A stretch of 64,000 nt of DNA. Source: Schmidtea polychroa (taxonomy: Eukaryota). The notes beneath the pieces are model-generated. The model searched no databases and was not told where the DNA came from. It was given only the letters and a program-made list of their open reading frames with translations. Shown here in pieces: positions 29,487 through 42,673 of the stretch (the stretch's first letter is position 1; every line of letters begins with the position of its first letter). Both the position numbers and the translations under genes were made by a program. The DNA lies in contig CM097885.1 of NCBI GenBank assembly GCA_044892525.1, forward strand, positions 48,114,001 through 48,178,000, in the 5' to 3' direction.

Positions 29487-32400
29487 GTTAACAATTGGTT
29501 CCATCTAAAGATTTATTAATATTAACACAGAGTGATCACTCTTAAATAGTAATGTATATTGCGTAATAACTAACACATTGTATTGAATTACGCAATATAC
29601 TCTGAACTGTTCACATTTGGTCCTTGGCCTCTAATGTAATATCATTACTCTCCCCTTCATAAGATTGATGCCATCTCTTTAACCATTCGATTCGTCGGTG
29701 TCGCGTCGTATCTGGATATTGCAATTCAACTTGATGATCTGAAACAAATCTAAGAATTTTATATGGACCATCATATTGAATATCATTTTTGTTTCTTCTA
29801 TGTGGTTCTTGTCTTACTAGTACCTCCTCCCCACTTCAAAATGTCGTTTAATTCTTTTGTCTTTTTCGAATGTTCTCATCTTTTGCGCAGCTTGCTTGTT
29901 ATTCTTTTGTGCTTCTTCCGAAATATCGTGTACTTGATGTTTGAGTCTAGAATTAGCGTGTAACGTTATTTTCCGTCCATATACTATCTCAAATGGTGAA
30001 TATTTTGTAGAACTTTGATAAGTTGCATTTATACTGAATTCAATTCGAGGCAGCAGTTCGTGCCACTGTTTTTCAGCACAGCCCCCTTTCATCGTAGTCA
30101 CAAGTAAATCTCGCATTGTTCTGATAGCTCTTTCCACTAAGCCATTCGACTGATGTTGATATGGCGAGGCGAATTCTTGCTTTATTCCAAGTTGTTCTAA
30201 TTTTTCGTTAAAATATTTGCTTTCAAATTTCGCCCTCTGTCTGTCAATATGCTTTGAAGTTTACCATATTTGTAAATCCAATTGTTCATTAGCGTCTTCA
30301 AAATAGTTTTTTCATCTTGGTTTGCTGTAGCCATTAAACTTACTAATTTGCTAAACCTATCAATAATAACGATAACATACTTTTTGTCGGTTGAAGTTCT
30401 CTGCATGAAAGCAACACCCATCACAATCTGTTCTAGAAATTCAGAACTTTCGTGTGGAATTAAAATTTCCTTTGTTCTCCCTTGGTCTATTTTCCGTCTT
30501 GCACATGTGACACATCGTTTTACTATCTCTTTAACGGTTTCTTGCATTTTCGGTCAGAAAAAATTCCCTTCCAAATAATGAAACAGTTTCTTAATTCCAA
30601 CGTGACATAAATCTTTATGTATTTTAATCACTAGTTTAGATTGATAGCCTTATGGGATTATCACTAGATCTATTTTGTCTGATTCCAATACAAGCATATC
30701 ATCCGATATCTTTAATCGATTTTTATATCTGAATAAAAAACTATTTAGAAACGATTCCTTCCGAAAATCTATCTGATTCTTAAGAATTTCCATCACTTCC
30801 TGGAACAATTTATCTTTCTTCTGTTCTTCTAACTAACATAATTTCTAATATTGTTTGTGTTTTTTGTATCAAATTGATATATCTTACTCTTGACCTTTCT
30901 TGTTTATGTTCCACATGTGCTGTCTGACAATGTGCACATAAACTACCCTCGATCCTTGATAATCCATCTGCGTTTGCATGTTCTTCACCTTTCCGGTATT
31001 TCAATTGGAAATCGTTTTCCGATAGATTAGCCATCCATGTCTGAAATTGTGGACTTATTGCTTTTTTATTCGTGTTCATAAATACTAAAGCTTTGTGATC
31101 TGTTCGAACCACGAATTCTTTCCCGTATAAATACTGTCTAAAATATAAAACATATTCATGCAATGCTAATAACTTTTTCCTTGTTACGCAGTATCCCTTT
31201 TCATGTGCCGTCAGATTTCTTGAACCGTATGCGATAACTATTTCTGAACCGTCTTCTTTTATTTGACTCAACACTGCTCCAATAGCTTCAAAACTGGCAT
31301 CAGTATCCAAAATAAATTTACGGTCTATACGAGGAAAATCAAGAATATGTGTTTGTGTTAAGGCTTCTTTAAGTTTAAAACTGTTTTCACAATTTTCTGA
31401 CCATTCGATTGTTTTATCACAACTTGACGCTGCTGCATGTAGGGGTGCTGCTATTTTAGCAAAATCTTTGACAAATCGTCTATAGTAATTTGTCAAACCT
31501 AGAAAAGATCGAAGTTGTTTAGCACACTGTGGTTTCGTCGCTTCTGTAATTGACTTGATCTTCTCTGAATTTGTTTGTAATTCCATCTTCACTGACGGTG
31601 TGGCCAAGGAATTTTAATTAGGTTTTGTAAACTTCTCCGGATTTAGTCTTAGTCCTGTTTTATTTATTCTTTTGAAAACTACTCGCAATAGCTCATCATG
31701 TTCAGACTGGTCCTTGCCATATACCAGAATATCGTCTAAATAAACAATTGCTCCATTAAACAATATACCCTATAACATCGTGTGCATTAATCGCTGAAAT
31801 GTTGCTGGAGCCGTTGATAATCCAAATGGAAGTCGATTGAAACAAAATTGACCTTCTTTGTAACTAAAAGCCGTTTTTTCTTGTGCTTCTTCTGCTAATG
31901 CGACCTGATAGTATGGTTGTCCAAGATCTAAAGAAGGAAATAATTTTGATCCTAATAGGTTATCGAGTAATTGGAATATGTTGGGCATAGGAAAAGATTC
32001 TCTTTCTGTCATAATCTATGCACATTCTTATTGAGCCGTCTTTCTTTCCTACTACAACCAATGGGGAGCTCCATGGAATTTTACAGCGTCTTACAACTCC
32101 AGCTTTTGTTAACTCTTTTATCATATCGTCAATTTTCTGTTCTAGAAGCATCGGTTGTCGTCTTGGAAATTGAATTGTTGGATTCCCATATGTATTAATT
32201 TCGTGCTCTACGATTCTTGTGAATCCTAAATCAAATCTGGCTGCCAAAAATATTGACCCGAATTCATCTAATAATTTGTTAATTGTTGGCAATTCATTTC
32301 TTCCCAATTCATTTTTTGCCTTTTGTCTTCTCTCGTCATCAGTATAATTGCTAATTTTTGTCTCGGATTCGATATTGTTAATTTCCATCAACTGCACTCC

Positions 32401-32953
32401 AAATGCTTTCAAAGTATCTATCCCACCAATAAAACCTGGAAATATATTTTTAATAACAATTATTTTGATGGTCCTCATCTTATTGTGCCAATAAACATTT
32501 ACTTCTGTACATCCCTGTGGTTTTTGAGTTCCTGGAAAAACTCCACATATTTTGATTTCACTGTTGCTTAAACGTGGACTGCCAATTTTATTCCATGTTT
32601 CCTCATTCATCACTGTAATTGAAGCTTTAGAATCCCACAACATCTCAATCTCAACATCATTTATTATCATCTTGCTCCATTCTCTTGCATCTGATGTCGC
32701 ATACCTCATTCTCTCTGTTCTGTCATTCCGATTTTCTTCCTTTACAACCCCATTGACGAAATGTATGCAATAGAGTTCCTCGTGTTTTTTTCAGTTTCCA
32801 CATCATGACTTGCATAATCATTAATTTATTCCCTTGTTTCTGCATCATCCGAGTAATTTCTTCCGTTTTCTTCGTCATGCACACAAGCTATCATTTTCTT
32901 GTTCTCATAGTTATGTCCTGTCTTTCTTAATAAATAACAATCATGAAAATTAT
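29487..32953 (-). mobile_element. Second copy of the same Ty3/gypsy family, 5'-truncated in gag, retaining full RNase H and integrase but frameshifted
   Basis: 3' LTR at 29487-29649 nearly identical to 8255-8420; PR, RT, RNase H (VRTDHKAL, HANADGLSR), integrase (CVTC, IIDRFSK, LTDRG, GLVER). Confidence 0.95.
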
Positions 32954-34876
32954 TAATCCTGTAGAAGTGACTGACTGATTTTGGTTGTACGATCTATATG
33001 AATTGTTCAATTGATTAGTTTGGGTTCTTCTGATTAGCTCTTTCGTTATATACATTCACCCTGAATTTGTTTGGCCCAGTCCTATAGTCACTTGTTAGGA
33101 CAAATGTGTTAATGGGTCTGGTCCTGTCATCTAACACTAGTTTTAATCTATGTTCCACTAAAAATACTTGCAGCGACGAACCCGTGGAGAAGTCTCCACA
33201 TTGCTGCTCAAAATCAGCTGCTTGATTGAAAAAGCCAGCATACCCACCAGTCTGAGCATCCCAAAGGCACCTCAAACCATGATATGCTAGATTTCCACTC
33301 CACTGTAACTATTGTTCATAATTATTAAACATAAAATTTTAAAACGAGAAAGTAACAATTAAAAACCATCAAAAAAAATAACTAGAACTAAATTTAAAGC
33401 AAAGATTTATTACCTTAGAACATTACATACAAATTTCAAATTACATAAAAATACCAAATCCAATTCAAATTTACCACGATGGCATAAACCGATAACTGAG
33501 AGCGTCTAAAAAATGTTTACACTGTCTGAAAAAACAAGTTTTTCAACTGAATTTTCAATTAGTATTTACACTGATTTTGACTGTGCATTCAAGCATTCTC
33601 TGCCAATAGATCTAATCAAAATGCATTAAAATTTGAATTACTTTTGCATGCATGTATGAGTGTGTGTAATTATTTATTTTAAATTTAATTGATTTAATTA
33701 ATTAATTTATTTAATTTTTATTAATTTCAACAATTTAATTTTGTATATTTTAAATAATTTTAGCTAATTTTATTTTAATTTTCCTTAATTTTAACCATTT
33801 AATTATTTTAACTTTATAATTTACATAATGTTAACTAATTTTATTTTAATTTTATTATTTTTAACGATTTAATAAATTTTATAATTTACATAATTTCAAC
33901 TAATTTTATCTTAATTTTCATTGTCTTATCAGTTCTACTGGAAATTCTTTAGTTTCAATTTTTAAATGTATTTATCCTTTTATTTTGTTTCCTTTAATTT
34001 TTAAATAAATTTTCCTGTTCCTTTCTTAAAGTATGCAATCGATGTCATAGCTCCTTCGTATGTAAATGCGAGCCATAACATCCATAATTAATTCAAAGAG
34101 AACCGCGTTTTTCGAGAGCTACTTGCATAAATTACTAAATTAAATTATTGTCAGATCGGAGAAATAATTTGAAATCAAATTATCAATCAAAGTTATTTTT
34201 AAGTTAAAACAGGGACAGCAACTATATCAATTCTACCAACTAATGTAATCAGAAGCAGTGTGAAGTGCTCGTGAATTCCAGATTTTATTGAAGACTTTTT
34301 CAGTCAATAGCCATAGTTCTAATATTGAATCATTTGTGTTGTTGTAAATTTCTTATCAATAATACTTTATATTGTTAGGAATTCGCAATTTTGTTAATCA
34401 AAACACACTAGGGGGTTAGACCAATATTTTGGTAATTTCCCATTTTATAGACAACTCCAACAATATGTTCGTTTCCATGAACTTGTTAATTATTTAACGA
34501 AGTTACGAAAATTTTTTATTTCCACCATTTTAGTTATTAAAAGATCCTCTAATAACTAAAACTTATCTAGAATTCCACTTAAAGATTCCGCAGTAAATTA
34601 TCCAATTACGGAGAGTGAAAATCAAAAAATTCAAGAATTATCTCACTTACATTGATTAAAATTATTGGCAAAAACTAAAAAATCGATTTCCATTGAATGT
34701 TATTCCAGTTATTTTGAACTCTTCCAAACTTAAAACTTAAAAAATGAAAACCTAATTAACTATAAGAGATGAAAATTATATATAAAAAAGTAAATTAACA
34801 TTTAATAATTTCAAGTAAGCAAATTCAATTATTATTGCAACCGTAAGATCCTTAATATTAAATTAATCATATTTAA

Positions 34877-36344
34877 CACTAGAACTACCAACATTTAGTA
34901 GTTGACAGATGTATGAAAAATGGAATTAATAAAAAATTTGAATAAATAAAATTCATTTTTTATTGTAATTTATAATAAAAAAGTAAACATTTTAGTTAAA
35001 GTATAAAAGGAATAACAAATATATAGAATTTATGTGGCACATTTCTTACAAATTGATATATTTTTTGCTGTGCACTTTCCACACATAGATGTGCATTATT
35101 AATGCCTTCTTCTTTAAACTTTTTTCGAAACATAAACTTATAAATATCCTTCTAACATTTCATCTGTTGTCCCAAATTGATTTCGTAATTTCTTCTTAGC
35201 ATGCATCTAGGCATTCTCGATATTCTGTGTGTGCATGTTACTATCATTTGGACCAATGTTTCTCAACCGCTGGTCCGCGACCCAATATTGGACCTCGAAA
35301 AAACCAAATTGGTCCATGTAAGCGTATTACAAATATAATATATAATTTTTTAATATTCTGCTGAACAGAATATTAAAAATTATATTTTGGGCCGCGAAAA
35401 AAAATTGGTCCACGTACAAAGATATGATAGATTTTTGGTCCGCAATACGTTTTGTGTCGAGTAACCGGATAATATTCTCTGACTTATTAGACCCAGAAAA
35501 ATCTCAGTATTTCTATTTTCAATGGGTATTAAAATACAACTTTTAACAATACGCTGTATAACGCCAAACACCCAAATTGGTCCGCTAATTCTATTTTCGT
35601 CTAAAGAAAAGAGACTCGTCAATCTCAACATCTAGCGCATTTTCATCCTCATCAAATCCCCCGATATTTACTGTTTCTCGTACCATACACAACTCCTTAA
35701 AATCTTTACATTTATCCACTATAGAATTTTTATTTATACGTAACTCCATTGAAATTTTATTCTGTGGTAAATCTTGTTTCGAAAGTTTGTTTCATATGAC
35801 AGAATAGTTAAGATTTTTTTTTAGAATTAAAGGGTAGCATTTTAATTTTTGATGGCACTTTATAATAGGATTTTGCCGCTTATTTTTTGTTATAAAAACT
35901 GTTACTTCTTCCAAATATGAAATTTCTGTAATAAATACCATCATCTAATTAAAACTCATTAGCTAAATGCCTAATACCTAAAACCAATTTTTAATCATTT
36001 TTTGGGATGCCCAGAAAAGCCTAAATTGTCAGAATAAAATACTAAAAATTTTCGCTTGAATGAGAGGTTTTACTTTTTCATTCAAATGATGTGTCTAAGA
36101 TATGTCTAAGTATAAAAACAAAATTATTAGTTCCGTCATTTTGACGGGGTGGTATATATAAGTATATGTTAGGTTGTTCCTATAACATTAAAGGGTTGAT
36201 ACACAAGAAGAAAGTTAATTTGTGAGTACATTGGTATCATATTAAAAGTCATCATAAATTTTCAAAACAATATTTACACAACAATAATAAAATTTTTGCC
36301 TTCATATACCAATCCATCATTTTGACGGATTGGTAGTTCTATTG
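34877..36344 (-). mobile_element. piggyBac-like non-autonomous element with nested Merlin (IS1595/ISXO2) transposase remnant and a hAT-like fragment
   Basis: TTAA|cactagaactaccaa ... ttggtagttctattg|TTAA; ccgtcattttgacgg subterminal palindromes; CGKC..CKKC Cys-rich tail at ~35035-35095; Merlin motifs IGG..VEIDESLF, WVFG, HTQNIEN at 35160-35700. Confidence 0.7.
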
Positions 36345-37982
36345 TTAAATAAATTATCACTAAATTATTTTTCGTATTTACTATGAACTTTTATTAAATT
36401 AAGTAAGTGACATAATTAAATTTAGAAAAAATATTAAAATTCATTGAAAGAATATATGTTTAAATATTCCACTTTACAAGGTTTAGAATTTTGATATTTT
36501 ATAAATAACAAATGGCAAATAGTAATAAATTTTCTTCAAATAGATATCACCACCATAATTTATTAAAATCAGATATTTTATATCTGTTTTTACAGGAATA
36601 TAGGAGAATTGCGCAATTTCAAATTTTAAGAATTCGAACATAGCGAAATGATATCATTTTAATTAAATGTTACATTTATAAAAACATTAAATATTATAAT
36701 GTTGCCTTCTCCAATAACTAATATGTGACTGTTCGGTTTTCTATTTTATATCTATCATTGAATACATTTAAATAAGATGAAACTTTTCCATCTAGTTTTC
36801 AGTAAGATTCTTCTTCAGTTATAATCGCAATTATTTCCTTACATTTTGCCATCGATATGTGCCCGAGACTGCTGTTTGACCTCATGTAACAATGGTGAAA
36901 ATGCATATAATTAGAACACATCTGGACAGGTCAATTTGTAACAAATGTAATTTTTGATAAACACGGAAAATCTTTATATTTTCTTGATTTTGAAATATTT
37001 ATATTCATTCCATCCGTTTTCTTTAAAATTTCTCTTAGTGTTTTTAGCTTTCCTACTGTGTTCTACAAATTCTAGTTCTTGTTTATTTTAGGTTATTAAA
37101 ACAAAATAATAAATATTGAATTTAAAATTAAGATAAATAAAAATGGAAGCCGTATAAAAAGGATATAAATAAAAAATATGTTAATTATATCAGGGAAGAA
37201 AGACATTAACAACTAAAACCAAAGCAACAATATTACTAAAAGATCCCCACTCCCTCTAAAAAATTTTTCTGGGACATTTGGCTCGAAAATATGAATATTT
37301 ATTTATTTATTTAGATTTATTTTTATAGTTATTATATTTATTTATTATTATTATTTTTTCCCTTTTTATCGAATGTCAATTTGAAAATCAGACTATAGTC
37401 TCGATAAAAACAATAGGATTTTTCTTAATTAATAAGATCAACATAATTCTTAATGAAAAAAGTATAAAAATTGATTTTCAATGAAATAACCCTATGTATA
37501 ATTTCTCGATAACAACATTAAAATTTATTTTTAAATGAAAAAACTCTAAATATTTTTCACGTTTAAAAATCAAAGTAATATTTCTTGAACAATAAGTCTA
37601 ATTTCTTAATGAAAACATTTTTAATTTAATTAAAAAACTAACTAATATTTTCAGAATAAAAAAGGGGTATTATTAAATGTGCTCAAAAAAACATTACTGT
37701 GCTAATAAGTTACTTGATTGTGCCCATGGTATTATAATATGTAATAATTAATTAATTATTTGACATCACGAAATTGTTGTGCTCATGGATTTATTAATTG
37801 AGCACATAAATTATTTTAATTAACTCGAAAAAATTTAATAAGGTAGATAAATTAATTATCAATGAGAATTAAATTAAATTTAAAAACAAAAATCAATTTT
37901 AATAATAATTATTTCTTTCAAATTTGTTTTAACTATTTGAGGAAAAGTTGTGTTTGCGCTTTTTATTTCTGTATAACATAAT

Positions 37983-38640
37983 AATGAGCAAAATGAACAA
38001 CAACAGTGAATTCCAGGAATTGGACCAATACCATTCTGATGAAGATATTTCAGACTCAGACACTGAACCTGTTGCCAAAAAAAGGAAATTGTTTAAAAAT
38101 TGGGATGCAATTCAGTTTTTTCAAAATAGAAATCAAGCAGTTGAATGGCTCTCAAGAAACAAACTTTGGTCATTTGATAAAGCATATGACACCAGAGATG
38201 GACGCATAAAGTTATACCGTTGTAATCCTGTCATGAAAAGAGGACCACAATGTAGTCAAGTCATGAACCTTCAATACAATGGTGACAATCATGGTGTTGT
38301 CCACTTTGAAACAATCTCCAATCACAATTATTACGAAATCTTAGGAAACCAAACGAAAAGAGGGATTAATCCAGCAACAAAGGAAGCCATAAAAAAGCTG
38401 TTACAACTTGTTTAAAGAGAAGCTTTTACATGCTGAAATTGAAATTCCAATTGACAGACATCTTTTTAACTTTCATCAAACGTTAAAAGGGTTAAATTCA
38501 AAATCACAAACTTTTGGTGAGTTAGTCACTCTTCTCGAGAAAAATGCAACGATTCCAGAAGACTTAGATTCTCAATTCATTCTTTATCAACTAAAAATAG
38601 ATAATTATGATGAACAGCAAACATTTCCAGCCAACAAATT
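37983..38640 (+). pseudogene. Probable Mutator/MULE-type transposase N-terminal region, frameshifted and cut off at the Maverick end
   Basis: YRCN..RGPQC..HN WRKY/FAR1-like zinc-binding pattern; IPEDLD..F motif that precedes MULE domains. Confidence 0.55.
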
Positions 38641-39254
38641 CCACATCCCGATAGTAGTGTGTATATATACCCAACCCAAACAGCCCTCCCAACAAAAACA
38701 TACCTCCATTACGCTTAAACCATTAGAAAAACAACATAAAACCTATGTTTTTATAGTATTTTAACCCCATATTTTAAACAACAACCACCCTTAATCTTTA
38801 AAGCCTCAAACTCAAAAGCTTCAAACTAAAAAGAGAATAGAAAAGAAAATGGCATTATGAAAAAGTTAGAGGGCTATTTGGGATAGGGCTATATACACAC
38901 TACTGATCGCAATGAAACTCCGGAGTTGATCTTTATCAGATTATTGATTTTAAATTATATAAATTAAAAAATAAATGAAAAATAGTAAAACTGCTCTGAG
39001 GGGACAGTGGTATTTTTTTTTTTTTTTTCACTGTCCCCTCAACAGTTGTTTTGATCCGGATCATTTCAACCTCTTTCGTTTATCAAATCTCTTCCAATAT
39101 ACAAGCTGGCCAGACTCATACATCAGAATCAATCCGATAATAGCAGCACGCCTTATTATTCGCTTCTCGCTCACGAAGTCGATTTCAACGGCGTTTTAAG
39201 CGTGCTGCTCGAAAGTACAAATGAATTCGAAAGCGAATCCGAAAGAGGTCCGAA

Positions 39255-39347
39255 AACAACTGAGAAATAAATGTGCACATTACCGGGATCGATCCGGGGG
39301 TGTTCGAAAGACAGGTGGCGATAATTACCGGTTCGCCACCATCACCC
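39255..39347 (-). ncRNA. Candidate structured Pol III-type RNA unit B (left TIR)
   Basis: Reverse complement of 51537-51631: A-box-like TGGCGAACCGG, B-box-like GGATCGATCCC. Confidence 0.35.
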
Positions 39348-39523
39348 GTTTCAATATTTTTTTTTTCATATTTATGTTTAAAAAATAAAATAATAAATAA
39401 AATAAATAAAATAAATAAAATAAAATAAAATAAAATAAAATAAAATAAAAATAAATAAAATAAAATATAAATCTAAGATACCCACACTATTATTTTCAAA
39501 TTTTTAATATTATTTTATGTTGA

Positions 39524-39606
39524 AAAAAAACTAACCACAGTTAGGATTTGAACCGCTATCCATTTGAACCACGGTGCCGGTCTAGCCCACTGCGCTATCT
39601 AGGATT
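39524..39606 (-). ncRNA. Candidate tRNA-like Pol III RNA unit A (left TIR)
   Basis: Minus strand: TAGCGCAGTGG (A box), GGTTCAAATCC (B box), T8 terminator. Confidence 0.55.
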
Positions 39607-39705
39607 GGATTTTTGTCATTTTTTATACTGTCACATTATGAAAATAAATATAAAAACATAAAAAAATCAAAACAGGATATCCAATAAAAAAATTTTTTTC
39701 TAAAA

Positions 39706-40440
39706 ATGAATTGTAATATTTGTAATAAAGTTTTTAAAAATAAAACTGGATTAATTTCTCACTTAAAATCGCAAGCTCATTTATTAAAAGAAAACAATCT
39801 TAATGATACAAATTCAAAAGTTTGTCCTAAATGTAAAGGAAGATTTCTACATTCTGGATATAATAAACATTTTGAAAATTGTATCGGGAAAAATAGAGAA
39901 ATATTTACATGTCCTCATTGTAACTTTTCAACAAAACTAAATTTCTATTATTTAGAACATATAAAAGAATGTAAAAATAAAAAACAAAATTCTGACGATG
40001 AGGAATGTCATTCAGAAGGAGAACCTGATCATGTTGAAAGAGAAAAATATAACTGGGATAATTTTAATCATATAGATGAATTTCAATTAAAAATTAATGG
40101 GCCTGCAACTCCTGGAGAATATATAAATAAAAATAAAAAAAATATTAAAAATTCTTTCACTGAAGCTTTACAAAATTATAAACCGACAAGGTATAATGTT
40201 ATAAAATATAAAATTATAATCAAAGCAAAATACTGGCGAGGAGCAGAAGAAAAGACAACACCCTTAGATGTTGAAATTGGAATACCTTTTAAATATTTAT
40301 TTTCAATTAAAGGATTTGATAAAACCATCAAAGAAATAATTAAAGCAGCAGAAGCAAAACAAGAGGAAGTAGAAAATGAATTAGGAGATTCAAATGGAGA
40401 TTCAATAGGAGATTCAAATGTCTCTAGATGGAATAGCTAA
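39706..40440 (+). CDS. Zinc-finger N-terminal part of Maverick pPolB (terminal-protein region), frameshifted from the polymerase
   Basis: CNICNKVFKNKTGLISHLKSQAH, CPKC..H..C, CPHC..H..C; lies directly upstream of the polymerase ORF. Confidence 0.7.
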   Translation: MNCNICNKVFKNKTGLISHLKSQAHLLKENNLNDTNSKVCPKCKGRFLHSGYNKHFENCIGKNREIFTCPHCNFSTKLNFYYLEHIKECKNKKQNSDDEECHSEGEPDHVEREKYNWDNFNHIDEFQLKINGPATPGEYINKNKKNIKNSFTEALQNYKPTRYNVIKYKIIIKAKYWRGAEEKTTPLDVEIGIPFKYLFSIKGFDKTIKEIIKAAEAKQEEVENELGDSNGDSIGDSNVSRWNS

Positions 40441-42673
40441 AACAATGAAACCAGAAGATTTTAAAATCACTCAAGAATTCTTGGAAAAAAATAATATTCC
40501 TCTAGAAGAATATCCTACATGTTTAGCAAAAGGAATATATCCTTATGACTATGTTGACTCGTTTGAAAGATATAATGAAACAAGTCTTCCTAGCCAAGAA
40601 GATTTCTATTCACAACTTCAAAAAAATCATATTACAAATCAAGAATATTCTCGAGCAAATAAAATGTGGGAATTATTCAAGTGTAAAACTTTAGGAGAAT
40701 ATACAAGTATGTATTTATCCTTGGATGTTTATATTCTAGCAGATTGCTTTGAAGAATTTACAAACTCTTTTGTTCTTAAACCTTATAATTATATAACTGC
40801 ACCCTCTTTAGCTTGGGATACTATGTTATATACTATTTGGACTTCAAATATAGAAGATGCTGATAAAATTATAGATCTTTTAACTAACCTCGATTTGTTT
40901 AACCAAATTAAAACAAACATTAGAGGAGGAGTCTCTTCAGTAATGGGGAATAGAGAAATAAAAGCTAGAAATGCAATAACTACTAGCCGAAGACTATCTA
41001 AACACCCTGATGATCCATATATGAAAATTAACAATGAGGAATTAAAAGAATTATTAGAAACAATGAAAAATCCTATATTTATACTTTATATAGATGCAAC
41101 AGCTTTATATTCAGGAATTATGACTCAATATTTACCAATGAGTGATTTCACTGAAATAGAGAACCCAACAGATGACCTTATGAAAGAAATACTTTCAACA
41201 TCGAAAGATTCTCCAATAGGTTACTTTATAGAATGTGACCTCGACTATCCAGATGATATAAAATCAGGAACAAGATATTTTCCTTTAGCTCCCATAAGAA
41301 GAAAGATTGATATCAACGAACTTTCTGAATGGCAAATCTCACAAGATAAACCTCCAACAATGAAACTTCTTTGTGATCAAACAGATCGAAGGTTTTATCT
41401 TTGTCACTATAGACTCCTCCAATTTTATCTCTCACGAGGAATGATATTAAAAAAAGTTCATAGTGCCATAAGATTTAAACAAGCTCCATTCATGAAAGCT
41501 TTTATCGAGGAGAACATTAGGTGTCGAAACATTGCAAAAAGAGAAGGTAACCTTTATAAAGATAATAATTATAAACTTTTAAACAATTCAGTCTTTGGGA
41601 AAACAATGGAGAATGTTGATAAATATACTCATATTGAACTCCTAACAAATACTACCAAAGATATTAAGCGTTATAATCGCATGCTAGGAAAGCCTACATT
41701 TAAAAACGCACAAGTATTTTCTGAAAATCTTACTGCAGTAGAATTAAAAAATTATGAGCAAACATATAACAAACCAATATTTATAGGGTTTTCAATTTTA
41801 GAACTTTCAAAATTACAAATGTATGAAACATATTATAACATCTTACAACCTATATACGGAGCAAATATATCAATGAATGCAATGGATACAGATTCAATGT
41901 TTTTAACCATAAGAACTCATGATTTACAAAGTGATATAGCTGAAAATCCTATACTTTCAAATTTAATAAATTCATCTGGAGAACTATTTCCATTTAAAGA
42001 TGAAAAACCTTTTACTCCTATAGAAAATGGAATATTTATTCGTGCTAAACAATATTCATACGAAACTTTTACAAATCCTGAATTTATAAATCAAACATTT
42101 ATATTTAAAACCCCAGAAAGAGAGGAATCTTTTACACATAAATATCCTATATTCCCTAAAGGACCAGAAGAAAAACCTGTAAAGGATAACAGATGTAAAG
42201 GAATACAGAGAGTGGTTGCAAAGAATCTTTCTCATCAAGATTATATAGATACATTGAATCCAAATCATAAAGATAAAATTGATGAAATACATCAACTTAA
42301 AAGTGAAAACCATGATATTCACTTGATAGAATCTCAAAAAGTATCATTATCAGATTATGATGATAAGAGATTCATACTAAGTGATTTAAAGACAACTCTA
42401 CCTATTGGAAATAATTTAATCCCTATAATAAAAAATCTAGAAAAGTTGAATAAGTTATATGATACAAAGATTACTGATCTTGATATTTATAATGTTGAAA
42501 TTATTTATCCCGAGAGAGAAATCGAGAAACCTTTATATTCTCAAGTTTTTAATCCTATATGTTTTGAACTTAAATATTTTAATACTGATCCTGAATATAT
42601 AAAAGGTCTAAGTGATAAAGAATTTAAATTTCATAAATTAATGATTCATAGGTTGGCTTTCAACCATAACTGA
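40418..42673 (+). CDS. polB: Protein-primed family B DNA polymerase (pPolB); ExoI/ExoII region appears absent
   Basis: KGIYPYDY, YLSLDVYILADCFE (ExoIII), IRGG, YIDATALY, YKLLNNSVFGKTMEN, KPIFIGFSILELSK, MDTDS, RAKQY, KGI, DDKR. Confidence 0.95.
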   Translation: MSLDGIAKTMKPEDFKITQEFLEKNNIPLEEYPTCLAKGIYPYDYVDSFERYNETSLPSQEDFYSQLQKNHITNQEYSRANKMWELFKCKTLGEYTSMYLSLDVYILADCFEEFTNSFVLKPYNYITAPSLAWDTMLYTIWTSNIEDADKIIDLLTNLDLFNQIKTNIRGGVSSVMGNREIKARNAITTSRRLSKHPDDPYMKINNEELKELLETMKNPIFILYIDATALYSGIMTQYLPMSDFTEIENPTDDLMKEILSTSKDSPIGYFIECDLDYPDDIKSGTRYFPLAPIRRKIDINELSEWQISQDKPPTMKLLCDQTDRRFYLCHYRLLQFYLSRGMILKKVHSAIRFKQAPFMKAFIEENIRCRNIAKREGNLYKDNNYKLLNNSVFGKTMENVDKYTHIELLTNTTKDIKRYNRMLGKPTFKNAQVFSENLTAVELKNYEQTYNKPIFIGFSILELSKLQMYETYYNILQPIYGANISMNAMDTDSMFLTIRTHDLQSDIAENPILSNLINSSGELFPFKDEKPFTPIENGIFIRAKQYSYETFTNPEFINQTFIFKTPEREESFTHKYPIFPKGPEEKPVKDNRCKGIQRVVAKNLSHQDYIDTLNPNHKDKIDEIHQLKSENHDIHLIESQKVSLSDYDDKRFILSDLKTTLPIGNNLIPIIKNLEKLNKLYDTKITDLDIYNVEIIYPEREIEKPLYSQVFNPICFELKYFNTDPEYIKGLSDKEFKFHKLMIHRLAFNHN

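Larger units (their letters stand above)
38653..39625. repeat. Maverick left terminal inverted repeat
   Basis: 38653-38880 matches rc of ~52005-52256; 38975-39625 matches rc of 51279-51920. Confidence 0.9.
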
